In this document: positions 11,462 to 21,827 of the stretch, one piece after another
Numbering within the stretch: the first letter of the stretch is position 1
Layout of the letters: every line of letters begins with the position of its first letter
Assembly (NCBI GenBank): GCA_000091205.1
Contig: AP006501.2
From: Cyanidioschyzon merolae
Taxonomy: Eukaryota
Direction: 5' to 3' (one strand)
Length of the DNA stretch: 64,000 nucleotides
Translations under genes and position numbers: made by a program
The notes under the pieces: model-generated
Told to the model about the DNA's origin: nothing
The model's database searches: none
The model's input: only the letters and a program-made list of their open reading frames with translations

Positions 11462-13864
11462 CTCAGTCCTGTTTCATCGCCGCTGAAAGTATTCGAATGC
11501 TTTTTCGCAGTTTGAAGCAGGAAGTCGAAAACACGATGCCATGCGCCGTTTAAATCCTGGACGAGTTGTCTGTAAGATATATGATTTACCGGACAGTTCA
11601 AGGAGTACTGCATTCCTCATTCAGGTCAGTCATACGTCAGATAGTTGAGGAACACTGAATAAAACAAGTACATGCGCTCCGAGCCAAAAATCGATATTCT
11701 TAAAACGTGCGTTCTGTCAATGATAGGAAACGGCCAGTTGATCACCTTACGGAAAGGAAAAGCGATGATAGTAGAAACCAGTGGCGTCTCTGTTCCTCAA
11801 TAGTTTGTTCGTGTGGTCCTGAAAACTTTGGGATACATTGCGAAAACAAGTCCGATTTCATGCACTGCCATCTCGAACCGAAATCACATTTACAGAATTC
11901 CTGAAACGTTGCGGTCGTAGTGAAGCACAAGGAATTTGGTTTGTTTTCCCAGTCGATGGGATTTGCCTCGAACGAAACGGTCGAGGCGTCTGTCGGTATT
12001 CGAGGGAGCCGGGAGCCTCTCGTTTGTACGATCGAAATCGATGAGAACGACGAAATCATCATCTGGTCTACGTGCAGTGGGTTCCAGTGACGACCTCAGT
12101 TTCTCTCGTAGGGAACGGTCACACTGCAGCAACGAATGTACCGAATCATTCAAGACATTTCACCCTGACGTTTGGCGACGTTCTTTTGTTAGACAACGTG
12201 GAATTTCACCGTTCCCGTGCGCTGGAGCTTCTGCCGATTCTATCGGGGAATAAACCCGCTTTTCATTCCTTGGTACTCTCCGTGGCTGAATCCCATCCAA
12301 AGATTGTTTTATAGTGTGAAACGTAATGATCGCTTCACTGGACGAATCGCAAGATCGTCCAGCACACGATGACACACCGCGCCAGATTACGTCTTTCTTC
12401 GGCGAAGGTCCTCACCTGAGGGCATAACGAAATGCGTTCATTTCCAAGAACAAAAGATCTAATGGATGAGCTGGGGCGTGCACCTCAGGAGGTCTACATG
12501 GAAAGAAGGCAACGGGGCGTTTCGGCGACAGAAAAGTACCGAAGGCTGACAGAGCAGCCAATGCAACGGAGGGCACGACCCCGAGGATTCCTTGCATGAA
12601 CGAGTACCACCAAGGGCAATAAACGCATGGAATTCGTGAACCGACACATCACTGCTGCCATCAGTATGAGGAGATGTGCGTTGCTGAAAACGAGATCCGC
12701 GGACCTGAAGCGATCGAACCTTGTGGGGTAGACGCTCAGGCTCGAAGTCTACAGGGAAAACTCTGAAGCCGATAGCAGGCGGCCTGGTCAAAAGAGACTG
12801 GCTGGCGTTAGCGCATGTGTAGATATATCCACTTTATGGTCGTTGGACACTGTTTTGTGTTTCGCTGATCACATATAGAGTTTTGTGCGGCAGCGTCAGC
12901 CAGGCGGCGGCAACGCGTCTCATGGAAAGAATCCTATCGTTCAGCATCACAGAGTGAACCGGAGCAACACGGAATGACTGCACAGCGTCTGCAACGATCT
13001 GGTCTGAGCTTCTCCGTATCACAAAAATGCTATCGGAACGGCGTGGTGATCGCTTCCCCGGATGCCGATGACAACCGAGCATCCGTGCGATGTCTGGTTC
13101 GTCTCATCCATTGCATATCATGATAGAATCCGCCGCCCTACCTTTCGCGAAAACAGACAGCGCCATCAACCTTCCGGGACGCGTAGTAGCGTCCTGTGCT
13201 GATCTACCAATCTAGCGTTCAGTATTGAGCGTTGCATTCTGGGTATGTCGCGCACAGAATCAGTAGCGAGCTGCGCGCTCGCCATATCACGGGCAGAGGT
13301 GTTCCTTGCAGTTGCGTGCTTGATGATGTCAAATATGTGCATCGTGTTTATCAAAAATGTGTCGCTGTGCGCGTAACCGCAGGTTCCCAGCACGAGAATG
13401 TCGAAGCGACCTCATGGAACGATTGCTTTCAGCTAGTGTCTTGTGAAGACAGCGCCAAGCCGACTAGCTTCCGACCGGAAATCGCTGCCGCGTATCGAGC
13501 GTCCCAGCTTGCACCTGTGTTAGGCTGCACTGCCCACAGCATCGCTGCGTGCAACCGTAGCGCCCAAAAACAAGGCCAGTCTAGGTCTTGTACAACATAA
13601 AAACGTCTGGATCAGAACTGAAACCTCTTTCTCGATGACTGGCTCCTAACACGCCCGCATCCAAACGATTGAGGCTTGTATCATCTGCATGACAAGGGCG
13701 AAAACCTGGACCAGAGGACACCGAAGTTTCTCGTGTCCATAATATACAGATATATGCAGTTACTCCCTCGCACCCAGGGTCGCCGCGCCCCTCCGTGTAC
13801 TCCTCGCTGCTACCAGCTGGTAACGTGCGACCTCCTGAGCGTCGGGTTCCAGTACGCGTCTGAA

Positions 13865-14698
13865 ATGCCAAGCTGCTACCTCTTTCTGGTAGCGATTCTG
13901 GTGTTCACAGTGAAATTATGTGAGGCGATCGCTTTGGAAGACGACTTTTGTACGACATGGCCTTCGGTTTCGGGCCTGAGGTACTGGTTGCGAACCAGAG
14001 ACGCGCGTTGTCTGCGCCAGCAACTTGCTCGCGTGCTCGGCTATGGTGTTGTGGCCGGTGCAGCGCTCGTGAAACTTCCGCAGTTGTTGCGCATCCTACA
14101 GAACCGGTCCGCCGCTGGAATTTCCGTGGCGACCTACTTGGTCGAGTCTTTTGGTTACGCGTACAACCTGGCCTATCACTATCGAGCGGGCTATCCGTTC
14201 TCAACATATGGTGACTTTGTGCTGCTTGGCGTGCAGAACTGCCTCATCATGGCGCTCATCTTTTACTTCAACAACCAATGGTTCCCTCTGGGCCTCCTGA
14301 CGCTGTCTTCGTATATCACGGCAACAGTAGTTGCTAGCTGGTCCCAGCGCGCTGTGCCGCTCGCGGTTCTCGAACGGTTGTGTAGCTTGAACCTTGCGAT
14401 CGTCATCGGTAGTCGTTTACCGCAAATCCTGGCGAATGCGCGAAGAAAACATACTGGATCTCTGAGTTTGGCGACGTGTCTGGGGCTTTTCGGAGGAGCA
14501 ACTGCCCGAGTATTCACGACGATGCAGCAGGTGCAGAACCATACGATTCTCGTCGGATACCTTGCGAGCGCATTTCTTAACGGTATCCTGGTGGCTCAGA
14601 TTCTCATGTATCGGAAGCAGACTAGAACAACACCCGAGGTTAGCGGTGCTACCATGCAGGAGACGCGAGCACGCCCACGCAAATCGAAGACGTCGTAG
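13865..14698 (+). CDS. Mannose-P-dolichol utilization defect 1 (MPDU1/Lec35) homolog, PQ-loop protein
   Basis: GYGVVAGAALVKLPQLLRILQNRSAAGIS and HTGSLSLATCLGLFGGATARVFTTMQQ match the two MPDU1 PQ-loop signatures (LVKLPQ..KIL..SA.GLS; HTGQLS..FGG.LARIFTS.QE). The ORF track starts at 13676; the Met at 13865 aligns with the MPDU1 N-terminus. Confidence 0.75.
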   Translation: MPSCYLFLVAILVFTVKLCEAIALEDDFCTTWPSVSGLRYWLRTRDARCLRQQLARVLGYGVVAGAALVKLPQLLRILQNRSAAGISVATYLVESFGYAYNLAYHYRAGYPFSTYGDFVLLGVQNCLIMALIFYFNNQWFPLGLLTLSSYITATVVASWSQRAVPLAVLERLCSLNLAIVIGSRLPQILANARRKHTGSLSLATCLGLFGGATARVFTTMQQVQNHTILVGYLASAFLNGILVAQILMYRKQTRTTPEVSGATMQETRARPRKSKTS

Positions 14699-15944
14699 CG
14701 GTCCTGGTAGCAGGCGAGCACGTAAAGGCGCAACACGAGAGTCGCCCAAAGAGAGCGATATCGTTCGTCGCGCTGGGCTTGCAATGTTACGAGCTGCTTC
14801 CTTTTGCTCGATATTCAGCGACCAACATTCGTGGGTGCTCAAGATGTAAACCATGTTCAAACGGGCGCTTGTTTCTTGCGAGCTGCCCTACTATGCCGTT
14901 TTCATTGTGAACCGCTGTTCGCTGCCTGAGGGTCGATGGACTCTGCCACGAGTCTGTGTTGTGAGCTCGAGTCACTGGTATCTGGCTCAGCATCAAATGT
15001 AGACGGAAACAGTATACCAACAAAAGGTTCCCCAGCAAAGCTCGCCTGCAGCATCTCGTTGCGTTGGTATGCCGGTCGGCGTCGCGAAATAGGGACTGTA
15101 GTTCGAATCATACAGGTACAGTGACGTGATCCCTGATCGCTTCCCGTGAAAAACCACCTCGAAATCTGTTGCTCCGCGGAACAATACACAGTGAGTGCCA
15201 GCGCACTCACTTCCGGTCAAAGCCACGGCGCTTGCCTTTCGCACCGCGTCCGCTGGGCAGGAGGTCGAGTTTCGGTGGCCGCCTCTAGCTGGTCGCACTG
15301 CCCGCTGGTTACTCAGTGCGCATCAAGGAGCACTGTCAATTCTTACTGATGTAGTCTGCTCGCACTCCATCGCTGTTGCTATTGTCGTCGTTCCACAGTA
15401 ACGGGACACCCAGCTGAGCAGTGCGTTCACTAGGGGCTGCGAGTCCGTTACCAGCCCGGTGCAGGTCTCTGCTGCGATCGTGCGACAACGCGTCCTCGAA
15501 CCGGCGTACACGAGTCTATCGCGAACCTGCTGATCGTCAGATGTTGCGAGTGTCGCTCGTGGACGCAGTTCGAGCTGCGTTTCGCAGTCGATTCCGAGCA
15601 AGCGACTACGTGCAGCGCAGCACCCGCTGGGCCATTAGGTCCAGCATCACTTCGTACGCAAAACGCAGAGCGTAGGGCCGCAGTACCCCAGCGACATTCG
15701 ACGCGACACAAGTGCCGACATCCGTGGCAGCACAAGAGCAGGCACAGCCAACTAGTACCCAAAGTGACACATAGCGCCCTTCACTGCAGTTTTTTTTACC
15801 GTACTCCATAAACACGTAAAGCATAACCGCGTCAAATCGTTGCCTCGCAAGGATGCATGCACAGGACTGTACTTCAAATCCCCTAGCCCTGCTCGTACCA
15901 GCCACCACCTTCCAGTGCAGCGATCTGTGGTGATGCCCGACTGC

Positions 15945-15986
15945 GGCATTGCTGATGGCGGCATTGCTGATGGCGGCATTGCTGAT
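15945..15986. repeat. 15-bp tandem repeat x3 (GGCATTGCTGATGGC) upstream of IspE
   Basis: gcggcattgctgatggcggcattgctgatggcggcattgctgat. Confidence 0.85.
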
Positions 15987-16130
15987 CGAGGCTGCGGGTG
16001 ACGTGGAGGTGCTGGCCCCCAGGGCGCCCTGCACAGCACAGCTGCCACCGCGGCGGCAGCAGTCGCTCCGGGCGTCGGGTATACCGGACGTGCCGCTCCG
16101 TGGCCTTGGACGTTTTGGGCGCTGCGTGTT

Positions 16131-17516
16131 GTGGGCTTGACGCAAGCCACCCCTGGCGTAGACTGTTGCTCTGGAGCGTCGGATCTCAGGCATATGGCCT
16201 TTTGCTTCCTGAACGCGCTGTCCCGGTCTCGTCCCAGGTCTCTGAGGCGTCAGGATCCGGGGCGAGCTCCGTGGACGCCCCGGCGGGAAGATGTTGTCGC
16301 CTACGCACTGCGACGGCGGCGAAGCGCTTACCTCGAAGACTGCAGTGAGCACAGGTCTGTGTCGTCCGAAAAAAGTGTGCAAGCGCACCCAGAGGCGGGA
16401 GGTCACCACAGGGAGGCGTTCAACGGGCCGGTCTGGAGCGGGGAGCCACACCCAGCCACCAACCTAGCCGACTTTGATGTTGTACTGTATTCTCCCTCGA
16501 AGATCAACGTTTTTCTGCGAGTTATAAGGCGAAGACCGGATGGATTTCACGAGCTGGCAACTGTGATGCAGGCAATATCGCTGGTGGACCGGATTGGCTT
16601 TCAGGAGCTGCCGGCGGGTGCGTCTGCTGACGTGCTCGAGTGCAACAACGCAAAGGTGCCGCTCGACAAAACGAACCTGATCATCAGGGCTTTGGACACT
16701 TTTCGCACACATTCGGGCTCTAGGAAACACTATCGGGTGCATCTGGATAAACAGATCCCCACGGAAGCAGGTTTGGGCGGTGGCTCGGGTAATGCGGCTA
16801 CCGCCCTCTTTGCAGCAAATAGGTTGTGCGGTGAGCCTGCCTCCAACGCCGACTTAATCCGCTGGGCCAGTGAGATTGGCTCGGATACGGCTTTTTTCTT
16901 TTCCAGTGGCTCGGCGTTCTGCACGGGCCGCGGGGAGCAGCTCCATCCGATTCGACCGCTAGCTCCAACAACGGTCTACATTGTGAAGCCCAGAGGCGTT
17001 GGGCTGAGCACTGCCTCCGTGTACAGAGCGTTGAGCTTGCACCAACTTAATCGCGAGGACCATCTAGACCCACATGTGCTCTGTGAACAGATGGAACGAA
17101 TTGGTCCGCTCTGTGCTCCGCTCGTGAACGATCTGGAGGGGCCGGCGTTTGCGCTAATGCCTCCGTTACGGCATTTGAAGACGTTTCTTGAGTCGTTCGG
17201 CTTCCAGCGAGTGCTCATGAGCGGTAGTGGCACCTCGTTTTTCGCATTAGGCTGCCCCGACAGCGTCCACAGCGAATCGTTTAGGAACCTCGTTTCAAAT
17301 ATGGGCTTGCAGCATGCAGGACCCCTACAGCATCTCTTCCCCGAAGGTGTCGACGTGTTCAAATGCGGTTTTATTCACCGCGATGCGGAGCATTTCTGGT
17401 ACATGGAGAATCCGGCGAGCACGAAAGACGACTCGCGGTTTACAGGCCAACCACCACCGTCACCGCCGCATACCGCATCCAGGCCGGACTGCTTAGGCGA
17501 CTCGCCGAGCACCTGA
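16131..17516 (+). CDS. ispE: 4-diphosphocytidyl-2-C-methyl-D-erythritol kinase (IspE/CMK, MEP pathway) with an N-terminal Ser/Arg-rich presequence
   Basis: The GHMP-kinase signatures are KINVFLRVIRRRPDGFHEL (N-terminal IspE motif), KQIPTEAGLGGGSGNAATALFAANRL (ATP-binding glycine-rich loop) and MSGSGTSFFALG. An alternative start is the Met at 16194 (MAFCFLNALSRSRPRSLRR...). Confidence 0.85.
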   Translation: MGLTQATPGVDCCSGASDLRHMAFCFLNALSRSRPRSLRRQDPGRAPWTPRREDVVAYALRRRRSAYLEDCSEHRSVSSEKSVQAHPEAGGHHREAFNGPVWSGEPHPATNLADFDVVLYSPSKINVFLRVIRRRPDGFHELATVMQAISLVDRIGFQELPAGASADVLECNNAKVPLDKTNLIIRALDTFRTHSGSRKHYRVHLDKQIPTEAGLGGGSGNAATALFAANRLCGEPASNADLIRWASEIGSDTAFFFSSGSAFCTGRGEQLHPIRPLAPTTVYIVKPRGVGLSTASVYRALSLHQLNREDHLDPHVLCEQMERIGPLCAPLVNDLEGPAFALMPPLRHLKTFLESFGFQRVLMSGSGTSFFALGCPDSVHSESFRNLVSNMGLQHAGPLQHLFPEGVDVFKCGFIHRDAEHFWYMENPASTKDDSRFTGQPPPSPPHTASRPDCLGDSPST

Positions 17517-18605
17517 GAAGGGTCTACGCGCCTCAGCGCTCGACGAAAGGGACGCACCACGCTGTTGCATCGTAAGGAAATTCGACACCTTTGCTGGATA
17601 TGTTGGTAGTACTGCACCCTTGGTCTATTATGGAAACGGAGATGCCGCATGAATAGCGAGCGTTCCGTTCAAGGTCGCGCGACAGCATCAGCGTCCGCCG
17701 CAAGATTCAACTTTTCGTTCCGGATGCCGACACGGTGCGGTGTCACCATATATACGCGATCTTCTTCATTGAGTAATGATCGGCTAGCTTTGTATTTTCC
17801 GATCTAGTTTTGGTAGGATACTGGAGCGCCTGGTGGCCTCTTCTAAAACCCGGAAAATCGCACAGAATCACGCAAACATGCTCCTTCACACTGGGGCTTT
17901 CAAGATGCCAGCTCCGTACCCATGCGGTATGTCGCGAACGTGCCCCTTGCACTGCTTGAGTGCATTCCACGAACATCGCCATGCCTAGAATCCTTCATAC
18001 GAAATGCCTCAATCCATGGTCGTGGATGCTTTCTAGGAAGCCTGCTCGGATGTGTGACGTCATGAGGGCGGTTCACTACGGTTCCGCACAGCGCCTCACG
18101 TAATCACCGCAGTGTGTCTGGATCGGACGCCAGCGAACGGAATCGATTCCAGCTGGCATACAGGCATCATCGCCGAATTTGCTTTCGTAGACGGTTTGCA
18201 TCAGCGGTATTCCTGTAGAGTCGCGCTCAACGGATCTCGCTCGAGTGCTTGCACAGAACGCGTCGGAAAGCACGAACATGCATCATGCACGGCAGTGATG
18301 GAAGAGTGCCTTTCACTCCTACAGAGCAGAGACAAAAACAGGAGATTCTAGATCATTGAGAGCTATGGTAGCCCGCGAGAACACCCCAATTCATCCCGTT
18401 TCTGGAGCCATCCATCGATTTCAAGGCATACGCGCTGGACAACACACCGAGCCGCACACGCCAAACTGCGCTTCCCGTTGTCACGCTCGGATGGATGCTG
18501 GACTAGTCGGCATGTGGGGGGATTCTCCGCCTTGCTCGCCTTCAGGGCCGTCTCGTCGCTTGCATCTCCATAAGAAGCGTATCTTCCAGTTCCACAGCAG
18601 TAAAC

Positions 18606-19415
18606 CTAGACAATGAACTGCTCTCCAGAGGCCGATTTCACGCGGATCTCCGGTACCAACGTGCTATCCGGTACATGCAAAGTACTGCGGGCGTAACGCA
18701 GCGCCCATGCTACCGTGGGGAATGCAAGCATGTCCCATGGTATTTCGTCCCATCCATAGAGGCGTGCCTCAAGTGTCTCTGCATTCTGACGATAATCCGC
18801 TGGCGTCCAGTCCCGTTCCAGGGTGGCTCGATACACAAGTTGGATCTGTGCAGCCTGCAAGAGCTCATATACCGCAAGCAGGGGTCCGACAAGCACCGCT
18901 GCGTTCGTCTCTTCGAGTGCTTCACGTCGAGCAGCGTCTCGCGAGGTTTCACCGATCTCCAGATAGCCTGCGGGAAGCGTCCAGCGCCCACTAGCTGGCC
19001 GCAGCGCACGCCGACACAGCAACACCTTGCGCCGGTCTCGGCTGGTCGCCACACATGCGCTGATGACCTTCGGATTTTCATAGTGAACCAGAGCACAACG
19101 CTCACATACAGCTCTTTCCCGATAATCTCCAATTGGGGTCTGAATTGTCAGCTGCGCACCACAACGCGTGCAAAAACGCTGCGGTCGAGCATTGTCGGTT
19201 CGTGCCGGAGCGCTCGCCGAGTCATCCATCCGAGATGCCGCTCGACTCGAGTGCGTGGTAGCAAGAACGCAAACTCTGGTGCGTCTCGACCTCAAGCGTC
19301 CACTATCGAGTCGCTCGAGGCGCAAGCTCGCCGGGACTGGTACAAAGCGTCGGTGCACAGAGTGCAGCGGCACTGATAGAAACGTCAGCCGCAGTACGAA
19401 GCAGCTCACTTGCAT
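18606..19415 (-). CDS. Nudix hydrolase with an N-terminal Cys4 zinc ribbon (NudC/NUDT-like) and a possible presequence
   Basis: The Nudix box is GRWTLPAGYLEIGETSRDAARREALEETNA. It is preceded by CTRCG...CERC. The N-terminal ~60 aa are Arg/Ser-rich. Confidence 0.6.
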   Translation of the reverse strand: MQVSCFVLRLTFLSVPLHSVHRRFVPVPASLRLERLDSGRLRSRRTRVCVLATTHSSRAASRMDDSASAPARTDNARPQRFCTRCGAQLTIQTPIGDYRERAVCERCALVHYENPKVISACVATSRDRRKVLLCRRALRPASGRWTLPAGYLEIGETSRDAARREALEETNAAVLVGPLLAVYELLQAAQIQLVYRATLERDWTPADYRQNAETLEARLYGWDEIPWDMLAFPTVAWALRYARSTLHVPDSTLVPEIRVKSASGEQFIV

Positions 19416-20399
19416 CAGGACCGGTCAACTTGCACCTAGGCGCCTGCTACGTTTCTCGTAGGACTCGCTCGTGAAGACTCCTCGACACGCCAGCGGTATC
19501 GACTGGCGATTGGCGCAACGTCCAGTGGACGCCAGTACGCATCCCACTTCTCCGACGCCTCATGCTTGATGGTATTTTATTCGAGTCCGCCTCGGTTTTG
19601 GTGCACGAGGCAGGCATTCAGCGTATAAACCAGCACTGGTCATCAGATCGTTGCGTTGAAACAGCGTGGATATCGCAGGATACACAGAAAAATGGTCCGA
19701 ACCGCTACTTCCTTTTACGTTACCGATGGACCTGGAAACGCACCCAAGTCATCCGACTCGCGAGCAGAGTCGGTATCGCCACCATACGGCTACGCTTGCG
19801 TCCATGGCGGTGTAGGATGCTAGGGATGCACGAATACGGACGAACATACTGGATTACAGATCTTTCACGATGCTTACAAACTTCAGCCTTTTCGGGCGTT
19901 TTCACGACTGCCTCCTTTTTGTCTCGTTCATCTGCGCCTTGATATACGTCGGCCTCTACTTTCACTCGAGCTCCGTTATCAGCAGTGAAAGGATATTGGT
20001 GGCGGTGTTCAATGCATGAATTTGCTGGTTTCGGTTATTGTTGACGCGTTTCGTGCACAGGCGGAGGTTGCGATCGAAGCATCGCGTGCCATGTTCGTTT
20101 TTCTTGAGTAGGGCGTCGGTGCGCCCTTCACAGCGGTGACACTTGACAGTGGTCAGAACTTTTCATAAGCGTCAACCGCAACTCCTTCTCCTCTTCTTTC
20201 TCGTCGACGTGTCTCGCTGTGACGCCTGGACGCTCGTTTCATAGTTCGCTGCACCCCGCTGCTGACGGCTACAGAAGGTTGCCATCTGAGCGCTTCTCCA
20301 TTTCCGCGCCCGGTGCCGTTCTCTGCGATCACGGGCCTCCTCTGGCCGGTTCTCTCGGCGAGTACGCTACTTGACGCACACCCAAAAGCGCACGCTGTT

Positions 20400-20712
20400 C
20401 CAATAGGCAGAGGATTTGCGGAACGCGATCCTGTCCATGGCGAAAAAAGTACCAGAAGAATTACCCCGGCTGGAGATCAATTCGAGAAACGCCGATGCGC
20501 CTTCGCCCTCATCGTGCAAAGCAGTGACGTACGCTCCACTGAAAGCGATCGTTGCGATGACTCAAGTCCGAGTCCAAGACCAGTTGTCATTCAGAAAACG
20601 ACTAGACGGGAGCCTCTGGAAGCATTTTCCATGGGAAGTATCGTGTTGCTGTGGAATCCCGTTCCCTGGAAAGGCTGCGAAGCGACGAGGATTCATCTTT
20701 TGAACGAAATCG
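20400..20712 (+). repeat. Dispersed ~300-bp repeat family, copy F2
   Basis: AATAGGCAGAGGATTTGCGGAACGCGATCCTGTCCATGGCGAAAAAAGTACCAGAAGA ... GCGATCGTTGCGATGACTCAAGTCCGAGTCCAAGACCAG ... TCATCTTTTGAACGAAATCGACGATTTCG. Confidence 0.7.
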
Positions 20713-21430
20713 ACGATTTCGTGTGACATGTTCATTGAATTTTGGGTGTGGGCTTTTGATCAAGGCATCCAAGAACGACGTCGAGTTTTCACTCGTCATC
20801 ACTCCAGCGGCGCGCATGAGTTGCCTCGAAACACTAAGCTCGAAAACTTGAAGCATGCTAGATTTTAGCGTGTGACACGTAACGAAATTCGAGGAGCAAC
20901 GACTTGTACATGTGCACGGAATAACTACATTGATGGTGTTACGAGCGCTTTGTCCGTGGTCGTTGCGCATGATCTCGACTAGGGTGACGCAACGGATTCC
21001 AGCGGCAAAGAATCGAACGAGCTTTCGTCCGAAAATGCTTTCAAGAGTCCTCCACCTACAGATGAATCCGGAAGCCTTTATCGCTCCACTTCCAGCGTTG
21101 AATCTGTTGATCTAAGCTCAGAAGAGAAATCGCACGAAATGAACAGTTCTAATAGTCCACTGGTCCAGTTTAAGCAGCGAAGCGTCTAGCCGCTGCTAGT
21201 GCGGCCGCTTGCCTCCCTGGGCGCCTAGTCTGCGCATCGTACGCGAGACGCTGGAGCAGCTGGCGCGTTCCCAAGGAAACAAGCGCCCTCGTCAAGCACG
21301 AGTTCCCCGTGGCCGATGACCACATCTTCAGGAAGGCGAGACCAGTCGGGTCCTCGCTGCTGGAATCGTCGCCAACGCAGCGACAACGAAACTCAACAAA
21401 ACAAACACCACTGGGAAGTATGTCATCAAT

Positions 21431-21786
21431 TTAGAGACCTCTGAGCCGGAAAAACGCATCCTCGTGCGGTTCTCGTCCCAAAAAGTCGTGCAAAATTTCA
21501 TTTGCACCACGAGAACCTCCCGGAGCGAGAACCAGCTGGCGATAGCGGTAGCCAGCCTTGGGATCCAGTGGTTGATCCGCAAACGCCTGTGCGTACATAT
21601 CGCAGGCATACACCTCACTCCATAGGTAGCCATAGTATTGCGCATCGTAACCGGACATGAGGTGGCCGAAGCTCGCCCCCATATGGGTTCCTGGAGTCAT
21701 GGGGACCAGTCCGATTCGCCGCTGGAGCAGCGCCAACAGTTCCGCAGTATCGATGCCGTCCACAAGCATCTCCGAAGACGACGACA

Positions 21787-21827
<41 letters not shown>

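Noticed and set aside
15606-16451. 281-aa minus-strand ORF overlapping the IspE 5' end
   Set aside because: It contains the 15-bp tandem repeat translated as AAISNAAISNAAISNAA and overlaps the IspE presequence on the opposite strand. It is more likely promoter/5'UTR DNA.
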